A stretch of DNA of 64,000 nucleotides from Saccostrea cucullata (Eukaryota). The notes under the pieces were generated by a model. It did not search any database. It was given only the letters and a program-made list of their open reading frames with translations, and was not told the origin of the DNA. The position numbers and the translations under genes are program-made. Positions within the stretch are counted from its first letter, which is position 1. Every line of letters starts with the position of its first letter. Below are positions 12,764-26,519 of the stretch, one piece after another. The DNA is taken from NCBI RefSeq assembly GCF_032062105.1, contig NW_026937075.1:372001-436000 (forward strand). The letters are read 5' to 3'.

Positions 12764-15210
12764 TTAGGCCTTTGAGATTTTAGAAAATAAATCCTCTCTA
12801 AATTTCAGCATAGCTTTGACATCCTTCTTCTCTAAAATTTCCTCCATTGAGACAACATCATAGCTACTTAGATCTATCAAGTTAGGATTATTACCCTGCG
12901 AGGCTTTCACTATAGTTAATGCTAGCATGAGAGACGAAGTCATGGTACTCTCCAGAGGAAATAGGGACATCTGCCATAGGCTGGTGAGGGCACGCCCCTC
13001 TCCCGCGCCTTCCACACCCCCTGTGTGCTCGTCTAACTCAAACTGGGTCAGTTTACAGTTCTCAATAAAGCGTTGGATATCATATCCTAAATACGGGGCC
13101 CCAGAGACTTCTGACACTGGCACCTGCTTCTTCAGATCGTCATCGATGTGGAACACAATGGTGGTGTATTTGGTCTTCTCCTGGTGTTTGACGGCTACTG
13201 TATGGAGGAATAAGTTGTGAGGTATTTGACTGTGTGGGGGAGGAGTTTCTGTCAGTTCCTCCTCAAATACTGCACAGTTACTGATAATGGAGTTCTGACC
13301 TACTTGCAGTGGATACTCAAAGTGACAGTACTCCACCACTGTGTTAGGAGAGACAAAGCAGTTGGAGGGTAAACAGGAATGCATGATACAACCAAATCCA
13401 GTGTCTGAAAACTTCTGCTTTTTGGCACTAGGTTCTATTTCTGTAAAAGTGTTAAAGCAGTCCTTCACTAATCCAAGCTCACTTTGAAGTTTGGTGTCGA
13501 AACAGAAATGATGAATATACTCCTTTGTTGTGCCAATGTGGATAAATCTAGAAGCATTCATCAAGAGTAAGCTAATATCTGTCCCTTTCAAGAGCTCAAA
13601 TATCTGTAACCTAGTGGGGACAAGATTTGGAGTCAAATGTGTAACATTTTTTGTGTTGTGAACATAGTCACTAGTAGCCTGAGGACCTAATGCTTGCAAA
13701 AAATCACCATACGCATCAATTTCACACGTCAGAGGACAGTTTTCTTTATAGAAATGTAAAAGTTTCCTAGCTACATCCATTCCAAAAAAGAAAGCACTGT
13801 CAGTGTATGACATATCTCCCTTCACGGCTACCTCCTCTGGGAAGGTCAGGTTACTGAGCACTGCACCCTGCTCATACATCTGGGTAATTCTGGGCTTTTG
13901 TAGGACCCTCAAGCACCTCATTCCCCGGACATGTTTCTTAGGATCCAGGTTTTTCTCATTCTCCACTACGTAGACTCCATGTTTGGTTCCTATCTGTACT
14001 GGGGACGGGTGAGCTAGAGCAGTAAATCCATTGTAACAGAACGACCAGTACTTAGAATCTTCAGAGGAACCAAGGTCATACACTAGGATGTCATCAGCAC
14101 AAGCCACAAACACGCCGGGTGGCATATTGGGAAGGAATGGCATGTACATAGCTAATTTAAGGTCTAACATTTGGTAGATAGGGTCTCCATGAGGAATAGG
14201 AGAGAATATTTTGCCCAGGCAGCTAGCACTAGGCATCCTTTTGCTCTGTCCTCCTGCATGAATCAATAAGATCTTCTTCCCAAACATCTCCTGACCTAAA
14301 CGAAGATTTAAAAAGGCCAAAACCACCAAGGTGGATCCACCATTACCTGTCATCAAACAATAGATAAGTCAAATTAACAGAAATTTTTAAGATTATACTC
14401 TCTAAAATGAAAATGAAAAAAAAATTCAATAAAAGATAGGAAAACTTGGTTATAAGGAATCTATAACATAGATTCTTTATATTCATATTTGACACAAGAA
14501 CTACAGCTACTCATCATACTACCCGGGTACAGGTGTGCTTTATAATGCATGTTTGTATACTTTCGAATATGTTAAAAATGTGCATAAATACATCACCTGA
14601 TTAGTGATATGTTACAAACATACCTATTTTTGGTCCGGTGGGGTCAGCTACAACATAAATTGGGAGATTCAAGGGAAGCTCTTTTCTGTTTCTTTTACTT
14701 TCAATCTGAAGTTCAAACACATGCTTCTGTGCATAGTCTGCAGTTGTAATTACAACAACATCCCAAAACACACAGTTGTCTGTATTTTTGTCCTTTCCTT
14801 AAAAAAATTAATGAATTTAAAATTATCAAAATGAACTACATTGCTTCTTTGTGATGTTGATAAAAGAGATTCAAGAGTAATTTAACGTCATTTTTGATTT
14901 TTATTTTATACAGGTGACCTAGCTACATTCGTGTATTAACATTTGAACATTTTCAGCTTCTTCTCTGAAACCACTGAACCAATTTCAACCAATTTTGGAT
15001 TACAGCATCTATGAGTGAAGGGGAACAAAAATTGTGAATTTCATGGTCCCTGTCCCCCTGGGGCCTTGGGGGTGGGGTAAAACAGCAAAAAAATCTTCTT
15101 CTTTATTGGACATCAAGAGACAAACTGTTGGTATGATTGTAATCAGCATTGAGTCCTCTACCAAAATTGTGATAAATGTGTGTGCTAGGGTGCTTATTGA
15201 TAATATAGTG

Positions 15211-15244
<34 letters not shown>

Positions 15245-18200
15245 GCTCCTGGGTATCAAATTAACAAGAAACACATAGTTATGATGAGCAAGAGTGCCTT
15301 TTTCAGATTTGTGAATTTTATGGCCCCAGGGTCAAATGGTGCTAGGGCGGGGCTCTACTGATTATATAGTGAAAATGCATTAATTCTTTGAAAATCTTCT
15401 CTGCTCCTGGGCATTGAATAAACTAAGTACATTGTTATGATGACCAGGAGTGCCTCTTCCTAAATTGTGAATTTCATGGCCCCAGGGTCAGGGGTTCTGG
15501 TGTAGGGCGGGGCTCTATTGATTAGATAGTAAAAATGCATCAATTCTTTGAAAATCTTCTTCTCTGATCCTGGGTATTAAATAAACTAACTAAGTACATT
15601 GTTATGATGACCAAGAGTGCCTCTTCCAAAATTGTAAAATTTCATGGCCCCAGGGTCAGGGGTTCTGGTACTAGGGTGGGGCTCTATTGATTATATATAG
15701 AAAATGCATTAATTCTTTGAAAATCTTCTTCTCTGCTCCTGGGTATTAAATAAACCAACTAAGTACATAGTTATGATGAAAAAAAATTGTGAATTTCATG
15801 GCCCCAGGGCCAGGGGTTCTGGTGCTAAGGCGGGGCTCTATTGATTATATAGTGAAAAGGCATTTATTCTTTGAAAATCTTCTTCTTATTCCTGTGTATT
15901 AAATAAACTAACTAAGTACATAGTTATGATGAGTAAGAGTGCCTCTTTCAAAATTGTGAATTTTAAGGCCCCAGGGTCAGGGGTTCTGGTGTTAGGGTGG
16001 GGCTCTATTGGTTATACATTGTATTGTGAAAATGCATTGATTCTTTAAAAATCTTCTTCTCTGCTTCAAGGTATTAAATAAATATCATAAAGTACATAGT
16101 TATGATGAGCAAGAATGGCACCTCATTCAATTTTGCGAATTTTTATGTCCCCTGTGTCAGGGGTTTTGCCATTTGCTTTGGGGGGGGGCTTTTGATTATA
16201 TAGTGAAAATGCATGAATTCTTTGAAAATCTTTTCCTTTGCTCCAGGGTATTAAATTATGCCAATGATCTAAGTATATATATTTTTTTTTGATGAAAAAA
16301 GGTGTATCTAGCAAAACAGTTAATTCCATGCCCCCTGGGTCACGGGTATAGGGGGGGGGGGTACATAGTCTGAAAATAAATTAATGCTTTGAAATCTGCT
16401 TTTTGGTATTAATCAACCATTTATGATGAAATAAAATTTATGATAAAATTTCCAAAATTTTGAAATAAATGGCCCCAGGGTAAGTGGTTCCTTTGGGGTG
16501 AGGTGCATAAATGGTTATAAAGTGGAAGTGCATTTTCTCTTTGTTACTCTGATCTACGTCTGGGTATTAAGTAACTAGAGTAAGCATGGTAAGTGTATAA
16601 TTATGATAAGCTTTAGAACATAACCTACTTATTCAGCCAATCAAATGCTTCCATTTCTTGCGAAGAATTGATTCTTCATGGTATAGAATTCTTCTATTTC
16701 TGAAAAATTCAACGTTATCTGATTGGTTCACTTGACAGTTATATGGGTGTGTCTTCATTGGTCTTTGTTCAGCACACAAAAAGAAACTATTCAAAACCCA
16801 CGTGCTGTTTACAATGATATTTAAACTTTCTAGGCCTTGCTACACTTTTTTTCCCACTGTAATCTTTTGTCGCCATTTTGAATATTATTTTTTTCACATT
16901 TTGGTACATACAGAAAATACAACCATCGTCATGTATATCAGAGACGAACCTTGTCTTTGAAGACAGATTTAATCACAATTTTTATCTAATTTTTATTTGA
17001 TATTAGACAGCGATACACTCCTGCTGACTAGGGCCTTGTCATCTTAACACAATCATTTTTTTAAAATATAGATATTTTGATTCTTGTTACATGGGTATTC
17101 ATTAGTTCAGTAACTTAAATATTTTCACCATACCATTTTCCCCAGAAAATCAAGCTATTTCATTTAATCCCGTGCTAACCTGAATGGGTTGGGACATTCT
17201 AAAACCGCGTGTGTTCGATATTGGTTGCGTCTCGATATGTACAACGATCGGTCAAAGCCTTATATATGACACAGTCGTGGGAGGAGTTTATATTTTAATC
17301 CATTCATTTGAGTGACTCAGGTCAACTAAGATCATAAAGAGAAAGCACGAAACTCATTAGGTGTATAAATTTCTCTTCAGGGATGATCTTACTAATCGAA
17401 CATAACCTATATTTAGCCAATCAAATGCTTCCTTTTTTCGCGAAGAATTGATTCTTCATGGTGAAGAATTCTTCTATTTCTGAAAAATTCAACGGTGTCT
17501 GATTGGTTCACTTGATAGTTAGATGGGTATGTCTTCATTGGTCTTTGTTCAACGCACAAAAAGAAACTATTCAAAACTATTCAAAACCCATGCTGTTTAC
17601 AATGATATTTAAACTTTCTAGGCCTTGCTACACTTTTCTTTCCAACTGTAACCTTTTTAAATATTTTTTTTTCACATTTCGGTACATACAGAAAATACAA
17701 CCATCGTCTTGTGTATCAGAGACGAACCTTGTCTTTGAAGTCAGATTTAATTACAATTTTCATCAAATTTTTATTTGATATTAGACAGCCATACCCACTC
17801 CTGCTGACTAGGGCCTTGTCATCTTAACACAATCATTTTTCAAAAATATAGATATTACGATTCTCGTTACATGGGTATTCATTAGTTCAGTAACTTTAAT
17901 ATCTTCGCCATACCATTTCCTCAGTAAATCACGCTATTTCCAGGCACGTAGCATCGTTTTTTGAAAGTGGGGGGGGGGGGGACCAGAGAAAAAAAAATTT
18001 TTTACTTACCTGTAAAAGTTGACCAGCAAAAAAAAAAGGAAATTGCCCAAACTCGAAAATCCTATTTCGTGGAGTGGGGGGGGGGGCAACTTCCTTTCAA
18101 TTCCACTTTTTTTTTTTTTTTTGGCACACAATACTACATTTTCTTGGTATCACTTTACTGTGGTAAAAAGATGGGGTTGGGGGGACCAACCTTTCAATGC

Positions 18201-20833
18201 CTATAGACATTTTCAATAGTAAAGGTTTTGTTGGGAAACAAAGTAGCGGGGTCAGCCCCTCCCCCTATTGCTACGTGCATGATTTCGTATAATCCCGTGC
18301 TAACCTAAATGGGTTGGGAGTCCATTCTGAAACCGCGTGTGTTCGATATTGATTGCGTGCTTGATATGTACAATGAGCGGTCAAGTTGAGCCTTATATAT
18401 GACACAGCCGTGGGAGGAGTTTATTTTTAATCCATTCATTTGACTGGCTGACAGTCAGTAAGATCATATGAAGAGAAATCTTCATCACGAAGAATTTATA
18501 GCCCATTATTACATGAAGATATATGATCTTACTATTACATAGTGCCTCTTTAAAAATTATGAATTTCATGGCCTCTGGTTTAAAACACGAAATAAATTCA
18601 ATTGTTAAAAGTTGTTACATGACCCTCAGGTGACCTATAAGGCCCGTGGGCCTCTTGTTATTTTATACAAGTACATTGGAGATTTTGTAGAAATCATGGT
18701 GATCAATTGACAGAATTATAGTAAAACAGCAAAGAAACATTAAATTTTGAAAGCACAATAAATGTGTGGGAGTGCTTATTTTTATCAGAAACAAAAAGAA
18801 CACGAGTGACTTTAATGGTTTACCTCTAATTTTTTCATAATCAGAAAATACTTTCTTCATAAACTGTGTAATGCCTGTATCCTCAGGAATCATGGGTATG
18901 GGTACTTTATTAATATTGTCAGCTACAAAAGTAATGAAAATGATTTCAGTTAGTGGTTATTTATTAGAAAAACTAGGGAAACTTTTAATCTTAAAAAAAA
19001 TATTTCATGTTGCAGAATTAATTTACACCTTTTCATTCAAATGTGCAACAACATTTGTTTTTCTGTAATCCTACTTTTAAAAAGGTATTTTCATTTTTGA
19101 TAGAAATTATCAGGCCCTTGGGCCAAAGCTTTCACTAAAGACAGATTGCTTCATATTGCAAGATGTTTTTCAACTTTGAACCCTGCCAAATCCCAAACCC
19201 ATACCATAAATCTGGAAATATTTGCTGTAGATAAATTTTTAGCAAATTTGCAAGTTCATTGCATTCGCAAAATTATTTTTCTTAAAAATAAATTACCAAT
19301 AAGAAAATGTAAACAAAGCAGTGGTCATTCGCAAAATTTTGAAACGTAAAAATTAATCAACACCATTTTGACCCGAATTCACAAAATAAAATCGACGTAA
19401 AAATTTCCAGATTTACGGTATCACCTTGACCCTTTTTATTTGATCTGTGGTCACCTTTTTTAACACAGTGTACAAGTATACAGGGAGATTCAAGGGAATC
19501 TTTTTAGCTTTATTCCTATATTGGATTCCAGTGGGCTGGGGCCATGAACTTCTCAATTTTTTTTTATGTTTTCCATGTATATGCCACATTAAAAATGTTA
19601 AAATGGATTGGCCATTTCATTAAAGAACCTGGACATACTAAAAGTTTGTGAATTACTTAACAAACAAACACCATGGTAAGTGGTCACCTGTGAAAAAAAA
19701 CCATGAAACTCATTAGGTGTGTATATGGGAACCAAAAAGAATTTTCTGAAGTTTGTGGTCAATGAATAAGCATCATAAAAAATAAAATGGAGTATCTATC
19801 TCAGACTCTCTTTATAAGACATATAGAGAATATTTTAATTGGCTTCCTACACTCCTACTTTCCCAGTCCACAGGAGTCAGCAATATATCATTAAAGTGAA
19901 ATTAAATGATAAAAACACTTAAAGCAAAAGCAGGCATGTGAAACCAGAGACCTATATACTAACGGGATAGCCAACTACCGCAAGTCTCGCGATATCTCAT
20001 AAGTCAACTTTAATTAATTATATCTCTACAGCTATCTCATATTTGAGATAATATCCTTTAATTATCTGTCAAAAAATCATTCAAGATTTGTTTTTAGCAT
20101 GCATTATACTCCTTATCTTTGTAGTAATTTTGTTTTATGTAAAATCAGCACATTCCCCGATCGGCCATATTTCTGAGAAATCGCCGATTCCGGTGTTTGT
20201 TTTATATATATTTAAATCATATTATTATTATGCTTTAAAATTTATCAATAAATCAATTCCTATACATAAAAGAAATAAATGATATTAATCAGAAAACACC
20301 CTGTTTACTGGGAGTAAACGTAGTTTGAAAAACTTGCAGTGTTGTGTGTGATGTTTTGGGTAAATAAACATGGTGATGAAGGAGTTGCCTATCCCGTTAG
20401 TATGTAGGTGCCTGGTGAAACTCATTGGTAACATTTACGTGTAGCGAGCTTGCGAACTGACTGGTCAAATTTGCCTGTTTTATATCTGAATATCATTTTT
20501 TTCACCAGAAACATAAATAACATATGTATGTCTCCACTTAATTGGCCCAGTCCCATAACAAGGGCAAGCATCGTAAAAATTCTACTATCATATTCTTATC
20601 AGTTTTCAAATTACGTGGCTAAATAAATTTGCTCAAATTATGATTCCTTCCTGTCTTAACAAAATCAGCCAAACGTATTTTTAAATATTTTTTTTTCATT
20701 GATTTCAAAAAGTTTTAACAGTCACTGAGTCAGACGGCTTCAACAATTCTGAGTTCATAACTTGAGGAAAATAAATTGATTTTTGTTAATTAATAAAATA
20801 AGTACAGTTCTTTTCCTCATCTTTCTTCTCCAT
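12764..20833 (-). CDS. FPGT: Fucose-1-phosphate guanylyltransferase (GDP-L-fucose pyrophosphorylase), ~627 aa, 4 exons
   Basis: Exons (minus) 20833-20806 (MEKKDEEKN, weaker GTACTT donor), 18922-18824, 14797-14624 and 14346-12764, phase-consistent (1884 nt). Motifs are FWDVVVITTAD..QK..FELQI, ADPTGPKIGNGGST, ILLIHAGGQSKRMPSASCLGKIFS, ALAHPS..IGTKHGVYV, EIDAYGDFLQALG and FIHIGTTKEY. No fused fucokinase domain. An alternative start is the ATG at 18893. Confidence 0.93.
16617..18535. repeat. Tandem duplication of a ~780-bp unit
   Basis: Copy 1 is ~16617-17397 and copy 2 is ~17398-18535. Both start GAACATAACCTA..AGCCAATCAAATGCTTCC and end ATGATCTTACTA. Copy 2 has an extra MITE. Confidence 0.9.
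17941..18281. mobile_element. MITE with 5-bp TSD
   Basis: ATTTC|CAGGCACGTAGCA ... TGCTACGTGCATG|ATTTC. The empty site GCTATTTC is present in duplicate copy 1 (~17154-17161). Confidence 0.9.
19204..19418. mobile_element. Tc1/mariner-type MITE (TA TSD)
   Basis: TA|CCATAAATCTGGAAAT ... ATTTCCAGATTTACGG|TA. Confidence 0.75.
19945..20414. mobile_element. MITE with 7-bp TSD
   Basis: GTGAAAC|CAGAGACCTATATACTAACGGGATAGCCAACT ... AGTTGCCTATCCCGTTAGTATGTAGGTGCCTG|GTGAAAC. Confidence 0.85.
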
Positions 20834-20859
20834 GACAATACGACGTGTACAACAGCCCT

Positions 20860-20945
20860 ACAAACGACACCTCGCCCGGGTCGCCGTGGCACCTGTCAAT
20901 GTTTCCAACTGTTCCGAATTTCTTCCTCCACTTCCGGGTCGTTGA
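20860..20945 (-). promoter_or_regulatory. CpG-rich putative FPGT promoter/5' UTR with ETS motif
   Basis: Local GC/CpG-rich island with CCGGAAGT (CACTTCCGG at ~20929-20937) about 100 nt upstream of the predicted ATG at 20833. Confidence 0.5.
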
Positions 20946-21510
20946 AGCGGATAATTCGAACCAAAGCATATTCTTACATCCTGCAAGTTCTAAAAATGAT
21001 TTTTTTTTTTATTTTTAATGGTTCGTAGCATAATTTCATCCCGATTTTCGGTCTTTTGTCCGTCAGTCCGTCCGTTTTAGCTGTCTGTAGTTCTGTCTGT
21101 ATGACAAATGCTATAACTCGATTCCCACTCGATGTCTCAGCCTTTGAGCTGTAACTCCCTATGGCCTGTCGATTTTGAAGTCAAAAGGTCAAGGTCATCA
21201 ATTCATTTTTTTGGGGGGTCTGTTTAACACTCTCGATTCGTTTCTCAAAAAGCCTTTGAGCTTTTGCAATGAAATTTTATATCCTGACTCCCTACGGTCT
21301 AAGTAATTAAGGCTCCTCAGTATTTATTTTGACTTTGAGATCAAAAAGGTCAAATGTCAATACCGTAGATTCATACATTCTGCATGTTCTGTGAGTGTGT
21401 AAATTTTTCACTTCCGGGCGATACTTCTAGAGGCTTAATTAGACTGCGTTTTCAAAATTAAATTTTATACTGACGGTATTTCCCTATGGTCCCTTAATTC
21501 CCCTTCTTAA

Positions 21511-21825
21511 GGACAGACGAGACGTTCCTCAATAATAGAAATTTTTTTCCAAGATTTTATTGAAGAATTACTACTTTACATGTTTACTCACAAAAAAAAT
21601 CAAGGTACCTTACCGGGCGTTTTTGTGAGATACCAGAGGATGGAATTTCTTATATAATCCTTTAGGAAAAATACTTAGTTTGTCCAAATTACATTACTAG
21701 TGTTTCAAATTTTTAAAAACAATTAAAACCCGGTTTAGAAAACAGAAAGTGATAAGGATTTTGTATATTTTTCAAAAATTATGAAGATGTACAAAACAGA
21801 TATTTGGGGAACATATCGTCTGACC
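21511..21825. mobile_element. MITE with TTAA TSD (Kolobok-like)
   Basis: TTAA|GGACAGACGAGACGTTCCTC ... GAACATATCGTCTGACC|TTAA. Same family as 24036-24353. Confidence 0.8.
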
Positions 21826-22184
21826 TTAAAGTGACCCCTTGAAATGGCTGTTATCTTGGAAAAATACCCCATTTATTGGATGGCATTTTACGTTATATAT
21901 GTTTCCTCTCTATATTGCCAAATTTTACTCACAGACATACAAAAGTTTTTGGTAATCTTTTAAAAATTGCCTGTTTGCCCTTGCATATGATTATTTGGTT
22001 TATTCATTCTGAAATTTCCTCAATCTTTCAACTTCTTAAAGTTGATTGACGTCTTCAGTTTGAATCAATAATTTTGACATCCATATTGACTCTTAAGTGT
22101 TTGGTATTGTCAGCATTCCACTTTTAAAGAAATTTTAACCTTTCAGTTCTTTGCCATTACATACCTCTTGAACTGTTAGTATTA

Positions 22185-22272
22185 CATCTTCGCTAGCCAA
22201 GAGTTTCCGATCCGAAATCTACTCTACAAGTAGAGTAGATTTCGGATCGGAAACCCTTGGCTAGCGAATATG
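22185..22272. repeat. Near-perfect 88-bp palindrome (foldback MITE)
   Basis: CATCTTCGCTAGCCAAGAGTTTCCGATCCGAAATCTACTCTAC-AA-GTAGAGTAGATTTCGGATCGGAAACCCTTGGCTAGCGAATATG. Confidence 0.85.
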
Positions 22273-22916
22273 ATAGTACTTGGGCTTTCATATTCCATAG
22301 GTATATTCCTTGTTACTAGACCTTCCCTTGGATACTAATAATTTTGATCTTTAGACCCTGACCTTGGAGTAAATTCAAAACTTGCATTTGGGAAACATCA
22401 ACAATCGCCATGAGCTGTCATACGGGGGGGGGGGGGGGGTATCAGTGTTTCACAAACACATATCTTGCTCTTTATTTCAGAATCTGTAATAATAATTTTT
22501 TACAATATTATGCATCCCCCCGTGAAGTTTATTTTTAAAAGCATCGATTTTTCGAAAGATGCCTTAACAACCCCCCCCCCTATTTTTACAAGCATGTACT
22601 CTAACATTTGACAGTCTCTTAAACCGTTATAAAGTATTCTGGCATTTATTCCGACTGATTTCTTTTCAATGACGGAGCTGTCTGTGGACAATACGTTTAA
22701 ATGTCCTTGCAGAGTTAACATTGATCAATTATTAAATATTTAAAGTCCAACTATTTCTCAATCATAACAACGTGTATTGCGTTTTGTTTATGTTGAAGGT
22801 CAATAGAAACCTATGTTCCGGTGAGTTTACTTGTGAGACTTGGTCCATGCTAGTGTTTATATATTGGTTTTAGCTACTACTCTCGGCTTTCCATAAGTTT
22901 CTGAGTGTTTCAGAAG

Positions 22917-25900
22917 ATGGCTAACGTACAGATCTACCCCGCGGATTCTTCCAATCCGACGGATTCTGTTATGGATCCACCCCCGGTCTACACCGCCAAT
23001 GATGTAGCTCAAAACGGTAGGTACATTGTAGCTAGTGCTCAGCGCATTTTTGACGATGGCACTAGAATTTCAAGGAAAACACATTAGCCAATATGTTGTA
23101 CTTAAGTTAATGTCTGTTAATTAGGATTCGATTGATTACATACAGGAATTCAGCCAATACATCGGTTTTGCTGAAACGGAAGATTTGTGAATTGCTTTCG
23201 GGTAAAAGTATAATGCACTGTACATGCACCTTTGAATGTGAGAACAAAAGGATCATATAATATACATTGTATAATATACATAAACAAAGTCGTTTGTACC
23301 CGAACTTCACAATATGACCTCCATATTAATGAATTTTGAAATATCTGAAATTCGATTACACAATTTTCTCGATTTTCTTTTAGACTTAATTCTACTCGTA
23401 AATATTTTATTCATTTTTGTTTGATATACTATAAATATCAAAATATGCCTAATACTTGATTTGTCTTAACTTTCAAATAATTCTTTCAGATCCGCCACCA
23501 TCCTATGATTCTCTCTTTGGAAAGTTTAAACAGGCAAAGGCAGAATCGACAGGAAATGTGGACTTTGCCAGAAAATGTTGTTCAATATGCACCGGTTCAG
23601 GTGAGTGTGTGACACAAGGTCTCCATTCCGTGTGTCCGAAAAGTTTATAAATCTGCTCGCTTAGAATTGTTCAGATTGAGATTTAAAAATAAACCTACGC
23701 CATTTCTATTCATACCCATGCAAAGCTCCTAAAACTAAAAAAGTATCATTGGCATACATTAAAATTGCATGTCGGTTTTGACTTAAGTTTAATTTTCTTG
23801 TGTATTCTTCAAGTATTTATAAGCATTTTGGATGGTACTTTTTGCTTCAACACGAACATACCATATAATGCATTTACATTATTTTTGCAATAATACGAAA
23901 AAAAGAACAGTATTTAATTTTTTTTCTCTTTATTTATTACATGTAATTTTAAAGGGCTACAATTTAATGCTTTTATTGCAAGAATTAATCAAGTAAATTA
24001 CAGCTGCCTTTGTGTGCTTCTAGTACTTTGATTAAGGTCAGACGACACGTTCCTCAAAAATATATAATTTTTCCTGAGAATTTGTCATTGAAGTATAGGT
24101 TCTAAAACAAGCTTCCTCACAAAAAATTAGGGTACCTTACCAGGCATTTGGCCAAGATACCATAGGGTCATATTTCTTATATAACCCTTATGGGTAATCT
24201 TCTGAATGACCTATATCACAACTTTTTGATGTACATCTTTTTAAAAACATTTTGAGAACAATGTAGAAATTAGAAGAGAACAACAAATAAGAATATTTTT
24301 TATATAATACCACGAGATACAAAACATAAACTTGAGGATCGTGTCGTCTGACCTTAAGAATACGTATTTGTGTGAAGTCCTTATTCACTCTTTACTTTTT
24401 TTTCAGTGATATTCATTGTGATTTTAGCCCTATTGTTGGGATATCCTATAGCTATGATTGTAATGGGTGAGTATTAATCTTAGAATGTAAGATTTATTTT
24501 AAAATTTCGAAAGAGGTGTTTAAACCTGTATGGGTGTGAAATTTTGGGGGAGGGAGCTCGAGGATAGAGAGGAAACAGGAATGGTACATACCTAGCTGGG
24601 TGATTTTTGTGGCGATCACTAAGCATCACCTGTAATTTACCTTACAGGTGCGATATACCTAGACGACTGCCCCGCCCAGAGACTGATTCCAATATACCTA
24701 ATAGTGGACGGCGTCTTCACCTGTATCTCCATCTTGTACGGGTTACTGAAAAGTGCCCTAAAGGACAAAGAGAAGGAGGGAGAGGGAGATGGAAAGAACA
24801 AAGACAAGCCAAAGTCTAAAGGAAGGAAGGCCGGCGACTGCCTAGAGTCCCTCATCAACACATTCCTCTTCGCATGGTTCATTTGTGGTATGTTACGATG
24901 CTTCATGATAACTCTATATCTTGAGGGCACCGTTTCTGTCTAAGGCTTCTAAAAACAAAAAAGGCCAAGAAAATAGGAAAACTTTAAATCTAACGCTTAA
25001 CATGCTATCAGTATGAATGATCAGTATCTTCCAGATGGAGGATTTAAGTCTGATCTTAATATTTATATTTCTTGGATCCCAGTGCAAATTACGTCACATC
25101 TGTTACACAAACAAGGACAACCCCCACCTCCACCTCCCAAAACGCTCATACACAATAGATAGCGCGTTATAAGTTCTGTCTTCCAGTTGCGTTGCGAGGG
25201 AATAATGACACCGACTTGTGTAGGCATTTTGCCTGGAATAAATTAATGTAAAGAAATGAAGGTTTCAAAGATAACAGATTATTTTACTTGGGACAATTAA
25301 AACAAAGGGGGATTTTATGTTTCAGTCTTTCGAAAGCTGCTGTTTCAGTGAATTTCTGTTCCAATCTTTGAATTTCTGTTCCAATCTTTCAATAAACATC
25401 TTAACTGTTCTCTAACATTTTCCCCCGAGAAATGTTTATGCTTGATAGAAGTCTACGATAATTGCTAAAATTTAATATGCATGTAATTTGATTTTTTTTT
25501 ATTTTTCTAGATTTTATTTGCTGCTTTCCTTCTACAATAAAAGTCAAAGTACTACGAGTACTGACAGATCCTTTTCTATAGTTATTCCCTACTGATATGC
25601 AAACGTTATTGAGTACATACAATATCAATTTATATGTTTGTTGTCAAGGCGATTTTCTAGTTACTTTTCTGAAATCAACCCTGACCATGTTGTTAGTTAC
25701 ACATACGAATGTACCAGTTCACCGTGTTGAGTGTACATACATAACAAACCTTTTATTTTTCCTTATGAAAAATTCATTTTTGTTTCTAAATTCATTTTTA
25801 TTTAGAGGTCGGAAACCGCTCCAAACTTGTTCTCGAGATAGATTTTCCCTGTAATTCCGGGACGCCTCTACATTTTTCATTGTTAGAAATCGGCACTTCT

Positions 25901-26519
25901 GTTGCTCTTGATTTCTGTACTTTGTATAAAGGACGTTTTGGGTTTACTGCATGTTTTATACGGCAAGTTCAATCATTTTGAAGCTAGATCTCACCCGACA
26001 CCGGTAGGAAAATGTAGATATTAATTTAAATCAAGTGTAAACTGAGGCACCTCCTCAAATCCAAGATGGCGAATGGCGCACTTTTACTCTTTTTATATAC
26101 AGTAATAAATATCACATTATTTTATCACTTGCTAATTTCAGCGAATTTTTATTTTTATTTCAATGAGGGTATTCAGGCACATCTAGAAAAACACAAACGC
26201 GAGCATATTAAATTAAATAATTTTTTAAACAGATTTCAATGCTGCCTTAAATACCTGTATGCTTATTCCTTTAACCTTGATATCAAGTATACTTTTTTAC
26301 TAACATAATAATATTTGCTTTGATATTTTTACAGGGAATGTCTTTACGTACAATTTGGACTGGGTTTCCTCTCCCGTAACGGCCAAGAACTATTGCGACC
26401 CCACCATTTATTATTTCTGTTTCTGGACCATCACCGTGACATATATATTGGTCGGAGTGATTGTTCTGGTAGCTTGCTGCATATGTGTCTGTGCATGTGT
26501 TGCTGCCTCAAAAAAATAA
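22917..26519 (+). CDS. TMEM272: Transmembrane protein 272-like (4 TM), 231 aa, 5 coding exons
   Basis: Exons 22917-23016, 23490-23600, 24407-24466, 24648-24887 and 26335-26519, phase-consistent (696 nt). It has the family-like motifs PIAMIVMGAIYLDDCPAQRLIPIYLIV.G, FLFAWFICGNV and YCDPTIYYFCFW, a Cys-rich tail and N-terminal PPPVY/PPPSY. AATAAA at ~27375. Confidence 0.85.
24036..24353. mobile_element. MITE with TTAA TSD (Kolobok-like), intronic
   Basis: TTAA|GGTCAGACGACACGTTCCTC ... GAGGATCGTGTCGTCTGACC|TTAA. Confidence 0.88.

Larger units (their letters stand above)
14930..18659 (+). mobile_element. Composite HINE/Helentron element with ~168-bp tandem array filling most of an FPGT intron
   Basis: ~8 diverged units (GTGAATTTCATGGCCCCAGGGTCAGGGGTTCTGG..GAAAATCTTCTTCTCTGCTCCTGGG) at ~15030-16400. 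The 3' end is CTCAGGTGACCTATAAGGCCCGTGGGCCTCTTGTT. It carries nested inserts at 16617-18535. Confidence 0.75.

Noticed and set aside
12927-13220. 97-aa plus-strand ORF
   Set aside because: Antisense shadow of the FPGT last exon.
19483-19498. 16-nt match GGGAGATTCAAGGGAA to FPGT exon 3 (14662-14677)
   Set aside because: Isolated short match without flanking similarity or splice sites. It cannot be distinguished from chance or a tiny templated insert.
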